Assembly (NCBI GenBank): GCA_030704615.1
Contig: CM060733.1
Location: 58,342,001-58,406,000 of the forward strand
Reading direction: 5' to 3'
Length of the DNA: 64,000 nucleotides
Source: Takakia lepidozioides
Lineage: Eukaryota > Plantae > Bryophyta
Shown: one piece after another, positions 1-10,900 of the stretch
Numbering within the stretch: the stretch's first letter is position 1
Layout: every line of letters starts with the position of its first letter
Translations under genes and position numbers: made by a program
Notes under the pieces: model-generated
The model's database searches: none
Seen by the model: the letters and a program-made list of their open reading frames with translations, nothing else
Told to the model about the DNA's origin: nothing

Positions 1-499
1 TTGCTGCCTATCAAAGTAGCATATCCATATTTCCAAACTTGTTACAGGGGTCTCCATCAAATTTGGAGGCCAAATTCCCAATTTCCTAAATGCCCCTTTG
101 TACATGAAGTTGTGGGGGGTTCAAAAGCCAGGAACCTAAAAAATGGAGCATACACCAAATTGAGGTCCAAAAAATATATATGATCTAGAAATCACACCAG
201 TGACTATGTCATGTGCACTCCATAGAGCACGCATGCCCAATTTTCTGGAAAATCCACCGGTGGAATAAGAAAAATCTGGACCTAGTGGACCAGCAAGTTT
301 TGGGCCCATCAGGCCTACACCACTGTGAAATGGATGACCCCCTCATTTCCTAAGGCTTTCCTAAATTCTTGCATGTCGCTGAATTTACCAGAATTCAAGG
401 CATTCAATGCGAGATGGTGGGCCATCCCGTCAGAAATAGAATTGCAGAAGAAACAAACCTAAAAATTTAAAATCTGCAAAAGTTACATGCTCATTTCAT

Positions 500-544
500 A
501 CATGCCGCGACCCGTTTTGGGTTGCATAGGAAGTTAAGGGTTAA
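500..544. mobile_element. Putative right end of a piggyBac-like DNA element/MITE (left end outside window)
   Basis: Ends ...AAGTTAAGGG followed by TTAA (541-544), matching the CCC..GGG/TTAA piggyBac signature. A subterminal imperfect palindrome gcgacccgttttgggttgc is present. Confidence 0.35.
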
Positions 545-1297
545 AGACTTATCAATGCATGATTTGCATTGCACATCTGTGAAATCAAGTGGCGAATCAC
601 GTAGTCTTGCATGAGGTTCCTTGCAAGATGCATCACAAAAGATGTATCTTATTTGGTGATGTATTTATGAATTGAAAAGACCGCGAAGAATTATGAAAAG
701 ACAATTATAATATAATGTAAACAACAAGTTATACCAGTTGACATTAATTCATTTTCCATTGTTTTTAATCCGTTGTAATGCCTCAGTTTGTTTGTACGTT
801 TGTACTTCAATTTTTGTAACCTATTTCACATGTTTTGTCCATTTTGGTTAAATACGACGTACAATAGCTCTGGTTGTGTAAGGATCCAAAATGAATTGAA
901 CGTCATTATTAGCGTGCCATCTATAGACAATTTTCCAAAAGAATTTGTCCTAATGTCAATCACTTTCCTATGTAAGAATATAGTAGCTTTCTTCAATTTG
1001 CTTCTCAACACTGCGAAAAAATTAATTTTTTTCTTAAAACAAAACAAAAAAAAAAAACAGAGAGAGAAAGATATGCAAATCTATATCCATTTAAACTGAT
1101 TCTAAGAAGGTATTATGCTCGCTTCCCAAGGAAGCCACTAGGAATAAGATGTACTCGTGCCATCTGACGGTACTTTTTCCGGATTCAGGCAGCTTGGGGC
1201 TCCTCTGGGGGGGGGGTTTGTCAAGTCCTCCCCACCCCCTCTTACCTTGGTTTCACTATTACCCTCTCTAAGAATCCAAAAAGGTGCCATGTGTCGT

Positions 1298-1370
1298 GGT
1301 GGGTAGCGAGTTGGTAAGGTGTTTGCAGTGCAGGCGGCAAGATATCAGGTTCGAATCTTGATGGAAGGCT
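1298..1370 (+). repeat. tRNA-derived (SINE-head-like) sequence
   Basis: A-box-like TAGCGAGTTGG at about 1304, B-box GGTTCGAATC at about 1348, T-arm atcagg/cttgat. No convincing acceptor stem. Confidence 0.45.
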
Positions 1371-1444
1371 ATTGTAGTGTAACCCGGGTACCCCAACCGG
1401 TGTAACCCTGTGTAACCCCAGTGTCTCGTCTAACTCTTCTTAGT

Positions 1445-1685
1445 CCATTTTATACTTACTCAAATTTCGAGACCGTGGAGTTACACACCCCGTCGTGGTC
1501 TTCGGTTCCATGTCACTCTCTAGAGAGGGTGGGGAAGATTTAACATGCCGGAAACCGGCGTACCATTTTATACTTAGTCAAATTTCGAGACCACGTGAGT
1601 GGAGTAACACACCCCCTCGTGGTCCTTCAGTTCCATGTCACTCTCAAGAGAGGGTGGGGAAGATTTAACATGCCAGAAACCGGCG
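1445..1685. repeat. Imperfect tandem duplication of a ~118-bp unit
   Basis: 1445-1560 and 1563-1685 share ccattttatactta..gttccatgtcactctc..gagagggtggggaagatttaacatgcc..aaaccggcg. Confidence 0.8.
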
Positions 1686-2987
1686 AACCAAAGTTTGCAC
1701 ATGTGCATTAAGTTCTTCCATTCTTACCTCATTTCTAGTATTCTCCCATTTCCATGACATGTAAAGTGTATAAATAAAGAAATAAAAATTCATTTGAACA
1801 GATTGGTTATTATCTGTTTGAGCAATTGGTAGAAGAATTTTTGTTTTATGCATAGGTGATAAAAGGGTATTGAAAACGACATATTAGCTCCCCTTTTTTT
1901 CAACTTGTTTGGCTAGATGTGTTGGAGCCTCTTGAAAATATGGGTCTAGAAGAGAAACATCACATGCTATGTATTGTCAACAAAACATTACATCATCTGC
2001 ATTTGCAATCCGTATTAATCTTGGTCGTGCTCATTACATTGACTTTGAAATTCGATAAAGAAAATATAATCAATGACCTTACCAAATAACAAGTCATTTG
2101 ATGCTGTAGTTTTCAAAATTTGCATGCATTCGTCTAGCTTGTGGGACATGCATATATGAATGAGAGAGGGAGACACAACCGTTGGCTATGCGCTGCACTC
2201 ATGGTGGGCGGGTGATCATAATATCTAATGTTGCAACTGTTGATTCCTCCAAAAAATCTACACTCATCTTCTACCCTGGAGCTCGTAGGTGAATTGCCTC
2301 AGTCATTGCCCTCCAATGTCTGCTATGGAAACAAAGCAAGACAAAGACCGGGATGGGGTAAATGAGCTACCCTCCAAGTAAAGACCAGAGTGGAGGTACA
2401 AAACAATAGACCTCAAGGAAATGAAGGGATGACACCGAGTTCAAAACCCACGCCGAGTCTACATCAGGCAGACCAACTCAAAACTGTAGCAGTCCTAAGT
2501 CTCACAGTTACCGCAATATTTGCATCATCGTGGGGAAGTCGAGGCGACCATTCGTATGGCAATGGTAGACGAAAAATGGCAGAGCACAAGCCAATGAAAC
2601 ATTGTCATTAATCCTAACTCTTGCCAATATGTTTCCGACTACAGACAATAAGAGATAAGTCATTGCGGTGAGAGATGAATGTTCCTGTCCTCCATAAACC
2701 AGCAGAGTTTCTCTGCGCAGTAGTCCTAGAATCCACCCGCGTAACATGGGCTAGGTTTTTTTTACTGCAGCTTGATCTCATTTCTTCAAGAATATGAACA
2801 AAGGCATGACAAACACTGGCAAGCGTACTCATGTACTCAAAATTTCATTCCAACAGACAAGTACTGTTTTCCTGCTGCACATGACAGGAGATTGACAGCT
2901 TCACGAGAACAATGAATACAGCCTGAGTTTAATCAGGCAGACAAAGTTGCGAAGAATATGACCTTGGCATTGCTAGCATCTGACCAC

Positions 2988-3783
2988 TTACCGCTCCTTG
3001 GACACACTGACAATACTTCCACGCCACCCTGTTGTTTTAGTGTGTTGCCCTCGCATGTGCAGGCCCAATAATGACACGGCCCCCAGTGGATCCTGCTAAA
3101 CAATTTGATCCTCTGATTCTAGACATAAACCCTTCACCTTTACAAACAATAGACTCTGATAAAACCTGCCAATCCTGTTTCTCAATCCACTATTTCAGGG
3201 GCAATTGGGCAAGCAAAACATCAAGATTGATGTCGTGCGACATATTGGAGTGTAGTCAAAGACATAGGCTTCTAACTTTTGGGGCAAGCTTGTTCATGTG
3301 ACAGTAACTGTCTAATGGTTGGAATCTTGACAACTTACAATGGATCTCAAATTGAGATTTGAAGGGAGTTTTTGGAGGGAAGATTTGAAAAGGAATCCGT
3401 GATAGTGTGGCGTTCCCTACATCAAAGAGCAAAAGTAACCTGGGCACTAGTATTCTACAATGTACACCAGCAGGTGCATAGTAGTATTCAATGCTGTATG
3501 GACCCTACCGTTACATAATTAAAAAGCCAGAGTCAACCTAGTTTCATCAGGTCTTGCATAGTCTGCTTCAGCATAGCAGATCTCCATGAAAACATCCTGC
3601 ATATGGTGCTGGAAAGAACAATGAAACAAAACATACCTGACCTTCAGCCCCTCAAGATTGTCCCTGAGCTTCATGTCAAGGCTTGGGAATAGCTCTCATC
3701 CTTGTGGTCCTTCCTCTTAAGGAACCAATCAGGGATGTTGAATTGCCACAGATTTGCAACAATGACCATCAAGTTCTCAAGCC
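2988..3783 (-). pseudogene. RPS18: 40S ribosomal protein S18 pseudogene (last two exons, intron retained)
   Basis: 3637-3783 reads [41 protein letters not shown]; 2988-3092 reads ..GLHMRGQHTKTTGWRGSIVSVSKER*. Indels and substitutions are present and no 5' exons were seen. Confidence 0.8.
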
Positions 3784-4111
3784 CTGCAGCCAACAGCAGG
3801 GGAAGACGGGGAAGAGAGACAGAGAACTCCATTTTGTTCACAGAGGGTTCCTATCATTTTTATAACTAAAGTATATTGGCAATTTGCCAACAATAAGAAA
3901 GAAACGTTCTCTACCTCATTTAAACTGTTGATGAAATTCTACAACATCTACTTATTGAAGTTGTCAAGATCAACTCCGCACATTCCAGGCTCACAGCTCA
4001 ACCTCGGTGCCTCTGTGCTGGGACCCACACCCAAGCTTTTTCCCCAAAGCACACATTTTTGTTCTTTTTATCCTAGAGAATGAGCCCAAGAATAGAAACA
4101 TCAAGCTACAA

Positions 4112-7100
4112 TTATACCTTTAATGGCCAGAGCCCTTGAGCCCCGGAACCAAACTTGGCAAAGAGTTTATCCACATGAACACAAATGTCCTCGATACTAG
4201 GACGCACAGTGACTTGTGGTTGAAGCATCCACGTCACAAACTGGTGCAGAGTTTCTGGGTATGGTGGATTTGGCCCCTGTGGCCACTTTACTTGCCCACT
4301 CATGGCTGCAAGTTGCAAACTCCCACCCGAATCTCCTAGTGAATACTCGAATGGCGACACACGGTACCTGCAACGTCCCACCCAAGTTAACTTGTAAAAT
4401 ACCTACCAGTGAAGGAAGAAAGTTAGCGATTAAGACTCGAGGCTGAAACTTCTCGCAAGAATGTGCGGGACTCTGGGTCGAAAGGGGAGGGCGGGATGCA
4501 CTCACATAATGGCATAGAGTGTGCATCCAAGTGACCAAATATCGGTGCGTTCATCAATGTCAGTGTGGCTTGGGCAGTCCCACAGTTCAGGTGCCCTGTA
4601 GGGGGCTGAGCAATGTTGCGCTGCCCACTCCTGCGACATGGCCACCCAAAGACAATGCGCATAAATTTGTCTATTTGATTGCTGGAGCAGACTCTGTTAA
4701 CTGCTGCCAGATGCACAGTAGAATGCTTCCCCCGGATAGTAAAGTCCGTGCTGAATTGCTACAGCAGCACTGCTGGATCAATACTGTATTTTTTTAACGA
4801 GATGTCCAATCTATCTCAGGAATCAGACAGTTGATGCCCTGTAATCGGATTCGGCTGTGGGCAGCCACTAAGGCGATTTCTGGAGGAATCTCATATACCC
4901 TGGTGGGCTGAAACAGCAGAACAGGCTCCACGAGTATGAGTATGCAGGAGGACTAACGTTTTCAGGGAACCTTCAGTTCTCTCTCTATCAGCAGTGCCGT
5001 AGTGTCACATCTTGACACAAGAAATGACATCCTGTCTTAAATGCCAGCCATGAAATCAACAATCGGTTGCCTGTATCTCTCTGAGTGCCCTGCTGTGGTT
5101 TATTAAACCCCAGAACTGGCTTCCTGAACATCAAGTACCTAGGGACTACACTGTAGAGGTATATCAAAAGCCAATGTCTAGAGGAAGGGGACAAAAAGTA
5201 TGTCTCACCCAAACACACCAAAGTATCAACTTCAAAATCTGTCTTTGAAAACTTGCATTAGTGCTAGAAGATTAGAGAAGAAGTTTGTATTTTTGTCTTC
5301 AGCGCTCTTATTTTCTTTCCCTTCAGTTGTCTACTTTTTCATTTGAGCCATTGCTGTGTGCTGGCTTGACATGTCTTGATCAAATTGTGAGAAACTGTGT
5401 CAAAGGACTGCATGTAGCAGCTCTGAAGCGATTGACAATGTGTCTGGCACTCGTGTCTAGGTTCCTGCTGCCCCAAGATAGCTTCCATATAAAGCAACAT
5501 GAACAAATACCTGCAACGTGAGGGCCTCTGCACGAGTTCGTACTTGCTTCCGGGCAAGCAAAGAGCTGCCAAAGTCCATGATCACTGCCTTTGGAGACTG
5601 GTTGGGACGAAGGCACAGCAACACATTCCCAGGTTTCATGTCATTGTGAGCATAAGGGGGGTCGTGTGTATGCATGTGTTTTAACCCTGCACAAATCTGT
5701 TAAAACGACAAATTAGCCAACTCAGTCGACATCCATGACCAACGCAACAGAAGAATTAACCTAAAATCCACTGTTGGACGGTGTGTTAATATTGGGAACC
5801 TGTCTGCATCACCAATAACATGTCATAGGGATCTCTTCCTCATAATCTGTCTGACATCAGATTGCCTCACCAAGCAAAGCTTTGTTGCAGGATTTCTAGG
5901 GCTCAAAAAGTTGGCCAGCAGTTGGGAGGTCTAGGTGGCAAGAATGAATCCCAATCCATTGATTCTGAGCCTGTAATCCTATCAAAGAAGGAAGAGATTA
6001 TGGGCAGATAGGTCCTTCCTATTGTTGGGGCAAGACCACCCCATGCAACGTTGGTGGGCCAAGAGTTCTTCTGACCTGATCCTTGTCCAATCAACTGTGA
6101 AATAATCAAATTGATAAGCAGACAAAACCAGCAAACTACTAATCCATTCAAAGAAGGGAAACATAATGAAGGTGACCTTCTTATTGACACAGAGTCCCTA
6201 CAACCACTAGTGTTTCTGGGAGCGAGAACATGTCAATCAGTGCTGTAGTGCTGTCAAGTATGCATGCCTAATCCCCAAGGATGGTTGCAGGACCGGAAGT
6301 GGAATATATACCCAGGCTGGTTTCCTATCTCAACCTCAAGTTGTTCTAGAAAGCATCAGGCCTCCAAGGTAAACAGCCTCTAGGATGAAACAGACAAACC
6401 AAAACATCAGGTCCTACCAGTACCCACTAGCTAAGACATAGGCCTGAGCAGAGTCAGAACACGTGTACTCTTCCACATATAGCTGTACAAGCGTATAGCT
6501 ACGTATGAATGTCCAGGGAACTGGAAAGGAAAAACATTACCTGTTGAAAAATATGGAGGACGGTGATGGTGGGGAAGAACTCTTTGTTGGATTGCATTCT
6601 AAGCAGATGGTCAAGCAGTGTCCCATCCATGTGCACAGGAAACAGCAGGTATGCCTCCTGGTTCCACGTTCCCTCCTGCGACCCCTGCTTCATCCCCCTT
6701 GTCACTTCCACAACCTATAGAGTTGATTGCAATGCCAGCCCTGAGCTCCATCGAACCCCCAACACCAACAAAGCAAGCCTTCCTCTGGTAATCTTCAGGA
6801 TTTAGTCACAGAACTTTACAATTAATACATACCTTGACAGCGATGATTGAGTGGTCAAGAAGTGGGATCAATTGAGGGTGATTGAACAGAGACGACACAT
6901 GAATCTCCTGCTTCACCAGCTCAAGTTGTTCATCTGTCTGGATAAGCACCTTCTTCAGTGCATACATTCCATCCTCTGTACACAGCACAACCCAATCATG
7001 ACAGCATTTAAAAGGAGTTAAGTTTGACTATGGGATACTGTTGAATTCAACTGACCACGATGTGGCATCTGTGCGTAAACTCCACAAATATGAAGTTTGC

Positions 7101-7576
7101 TTTATGATTTGGATATTTATAATAGGTGGCCCTGACAAAGGAGGGGGCTGGATTGGGATTACATGTCCAGTACACATATATACCAGATTTGCTAGATAGA
7201 GCTATCGGATTTATCACCTCCGTCTTCTCTCTTCTCCTACCCAGCCCTTGCCCTTTTCCCTTATCCATCCCTTCTCCGTCTAGAGACTAGAGTGATTCAC
7301 ACAAAGAAGTAGGAGATCAAAGACATCAGATCAAGAATGGAGTAGGGAAAGGGCTTCGAAAGAATTTATGCGTGTGAATGCACCAGATACGTGAGATTGG
7401 TCTTTTGGCTCCTTCCACGGTTGCTCGCCAGGTTGTTCTCGCACCAAATACACAAATGCAAACCCTCCCTCCCCAAGCTGCCTCTGAATTCGAAAGCGTC
7501 TTTCGTTGACCCACACATCCGCCCCGCTGCCGACTGCCCCGTAGAGAGCATTCAACCCTGACCATGTGCAACCCAT
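4112..7576 (-). CDS. STK16: STK16/ENV7-like (NAK family) Ser/Thr kinase, 6 exons (approx. 7576-7388, 6978-6833, 6714-6541, 5698-5511, 4630-4506, 4367-4112)
   Basis: N-terminal MGC lipidation motif, LGEGGFAFVY, YALKKV, HNDMKPGNVLL, MDFGS, APYRAPELWD, DIWSLGCTLY; GT-AG boundaries. Confidence 0.9.
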
Positions 7577-8156
7577 TGGACCGGATCTCACCTTTCACCC
7601 TAGCAAATGTTCATCGACTTGTGCTTACGTAGTCAGGAATCCTTCTACAGGCTCATCTTCCCTCCATTACGCCTACGACTATACTGAATGCCCCTGTGTG
7701 TCAGAATTTCGTTCTATGATTGTTGATATCAAAGTAGACAGGTTTCGGGGAGGTAGCTCCTTTATATTAAGCCTCATGGCACGTCGCAAGGCCTCTGTCC
7801 CCTTTTCCCTTCGAAATAGAAATGGAAGTTGACAATTTTATACTCTGAGTACACGGATGAGCCAAGCCTGATGACAAGTCTAAAGACTGCGGTCACGTCG
7901 CCTTTCCAGACTAAACACAAAACAGCGTTTAGCGCGGCCACTTGTAATTAAGGCTCGAAGCCTGGCCCAGTGGCCCACAAGAAACTCAGGGATGCTCGTC
8001 ATGGGAGGAGTAAGAAAGGCGATTGAGCGAGCATCTCATGGTCGAAATTGTGGGATAAGCCCACTAGATTACTCGATCGGAGAGGCTCGAACCTCCTTGA
8101 GTTTGGGTTTTTCTAGATGTTCTCAAGTCTGGGAAGCCTGACTAATTGCTTATATC

Positions 8157-8435
8157 AAGGTAAGTCCCACTACCGGAGTGAGCCCCTCGCAAAGATTGTG
8201 TCTGTCCACCCAAACTGGGCGCGCGGCAAACAACGGCTTAAGAGTTGCAGTCTCTGTATCTCCCATCTCAGCTTTTGTTTGGCATTCAGAAAGCTCATGT
8301 CTTCTGTTCTCTTCAACCTCCACCACTGATCGTTGGGAGGGTTAGTATAGTCACCATGGCAGGGCAAGGAACCAGTGGCCAGGGGAGACAATCAGAGAGA
8401 ACTCGACGTTATAAAGTACCATTTCAATTCATTTT
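8157..8435 (+). mobile_element. SINE-like short repeat ending in the LINE-type tail gacgttataaag..catttc; related copies at 12369-12497(-) and 44317-44440(+)
   Basis: Blocks shared between copies: ggtaagtc..actacc..agcccct, caaactgggc, gcaaacaac..ttatgagtacattct. The 3' tail matches the LINE end at 42834-42868. Confidence 0.5.
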
Positions 8436-8521
8436 ATTCCTGTTGTCAATGGACACTTGTTTGAAGTCTGCAAAATCGGATCCGTTTGTTGTTTGATGAC
8501 CACTGTTCTTGGTTGTGCCTA

Positions 8522-8930
8522 TTGTACTAAAATTTTCGATTCATCCATAAGGTGCAAAGTGCAAACCAGGGGGTCTGCAGCAACACTGGCTTAGTTGTTT
8601 CCTCTTTGGCCAGGCACGGAGCCAGGAACTGTACGAATGTCGTCTACGACCCATAGCACCCGCTTGGCTTTACTCGAGGAAGGAGTTTCTGAATTAGCAT
8701 CATCGCTTGGCTTTACTCGAGGAAGGAGTTTCTGAATTAGCATCATATGTACTAAGAATTTAGATTCATCATTCATAGGTGCAAAGGTGCAAACCCGGGG
8801 GTCTGCAGCAACACTTGCTTAGTTGTTTCCTCTTTGGAAAGGCAGGAGCCAGGAACTGTAAGAATGTAGTCTAAGACACATGACCAACAGCTTTGATTTA
8901 ATAGAGGAAGGAGTTTATTGGTAGCATCAT
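8522..8930. repeat. Imperfect tandem duplication (~225-bp unit, with an internal ~45-bp duplication)
   Basis: ggtgcaaa..gggggtctgcagcaacact..ttagttgtttcctctttgg..ggagccaggaactgta occurs twice. Confidence 0.75.
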
Positions 8931-9955
8931 CCGGATTGAATGCACTTTGCCACTTCAACAGTGAGGGTTGCTCGATAGAGGCCTCCATGTGACACGTCAC
9001 CTGACCCAGGGAAGAGGCACCTTTTGAGTAGCAATACCATCTGAGAGTGCTTCATTTCATTTCATCACATTACCTTAACCTCAGGATGTGAAAGGCAAGG
9101 TTTCACTTCGAAATTTGGAAATGCTAGTGACTTGGAAGTGAGGAATGGCTTCTGCTAAAGAACATTTGACAGAATGTCAAGTACATGCAGTTTAAAGAAC
9201 TGCAGAGAGTGGCAAGGATATTGTGTGATAACAATGACAACCATCTGTAGATGGCATACAAAGCCTCAAGCCTTGGTCTTCTCTTGCAGCTTTTGCAACC
9301 AGAACATAAGTGTATCAAACACCTCTGAAGGCTGCAACAGGGGAAAAAGAAACGATTATATGTTCAGTCAGGGTTGGCTTGAACCCATAGGAAGTGCAGT
9401 TTACAAAAAATCGAGACACCCAGTAAGGACATGTAAGGCCAATATGGAATGTCAAATAGAAGTACAAATTCTGCTGCTCTTCTGACTTCATTTCATCGGG
9501 CAGCAGTTTTTTTGAAATAAAATGAGTACTTTGTCCTAGGGGAGCCAATCTGAATCTGGGAGTTTTATGAGTGCATAGACCAAGAAAGGGCCCCACAGCT
9601 TTTGAGTGAGAGGAGAGCGAGAGAGCACAATAACATACACGTTACCTTGTCACCCTTGAGGAGAGGAGATAACCCACAAAGAAGACATGGGCCATATGAG
9701 ATGACGCGGCAGAATGTGAGAAGTCAATGTGGAGTGGACCCAAGAAAAGGCGTCGCTTGGCAGCGAAAGGATGCGAGGCGTGCAAGGGACTGTTGGATAA
9801 AGAGAGGAGGAGCCGAGTTGTCCGGTGGGTAGTAACGGTAAAAGGTTTCTTACTGTTTTTAGAGCTTCTTTTTTGGGTGGGAGGGTGGCTACCGTCTCTC
9901 TCACGCTTTCTCTCGGAGTTCTGGAGCTTCAATTCTGGGCCCTGTTTTCCTGGAT

Positions 9956-10088
9956 CTGCCATCTTCTGTTTACTGGTGAGAGGGCTACTGAGTAGATTGT
10001 TTCTTGGTCCAGAATTTCTTACTGCCATCTTCTGTTTACTGGTGAGAGGGCTACTGAGTAGATTGTTTCTTGGTCCAGAATTTCTTAC
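9956..10088. repeat. Exact 66-bp tandem duplication
   Basis: ctgccatcttctgtttactggtgagagggctactgagtagattgtttcttggtccagaatttctta x2. Confidence 0.9.
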
Positions 10089-10900
10089 ATGTGAATTGTT
10101 TCGTTCTGTTCTGGAATCAGGTCTGGAATCATCGAGTTGTCGTAGGCTGATCAGCACGCTGCAAATCTTTTGTGTTGACATGTTCTGTGAAGATTACAAT
10201 TTCCCTTGTAACTATTCTCCTAGAGTGTGGTCCCGAAGTCTTTGATCAGTCCTGGCTACCCCAGATACCGAGATAGAAGGTGGGTAGAAGGTACTTACCA
10301 TGCATAAAGAAGCTACTATCATTGATCTGTCAGTGAGCGGAACTGTAAATGAGACCTGTGTCGCCTGAAGCTCTCTCATACGCGCTTTCCCTCTCTCTCT
10401 CTTGTACTTTGCTCTCGATTATTGCCCATAAATTTTACTATCTGCTGTTTTAATCCACTTCTAGATTCTCTATTCAAAAGGTTCAAATGGTAATTTTTCT
10501 GGTGAGTGAGATGATAATCTAGAGGACGTGAGCTACTCCTTTGTGGTACTACTAGGACGTCGTGATTTGAATTGTGCCTAGTTCTCTGCAAACCGAGTCA
10601 GTAGACAAGGTGATACGTGTCCTGAAGGAATCTTGACTTGAAGTCATCTGCCTGGACTATACAAATTTGTGAAGAGGAGGATCGCAGCACGGGGGAAAAT
10701 CACACTAACCGAAATTGCGTGTTCGAGCTTTCTTTCTCAAATCCATCTATTGAATTGAAGATGGGCAGGTTCTTGTAGCAGGTTGGTGTTCACTCTCTGT
10801 CTCTCTTTTGTCAGTGTCTTCTCCCTTACGATCATGGACATCGCGCAATCCATATGCTCGAAATCCAAACAGAGTAAGTACAACACGGCTATGGTAGACA

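Noticed and set aside
1298-1370. Functional tRNA gene
   Set aside because: Acceptor and anticodon stems do not pair convincingly.
5900-6300. L1-like LINE remnant in the kinase intron
   Set aside because: Only faint motif echoes; too degenerate to support.
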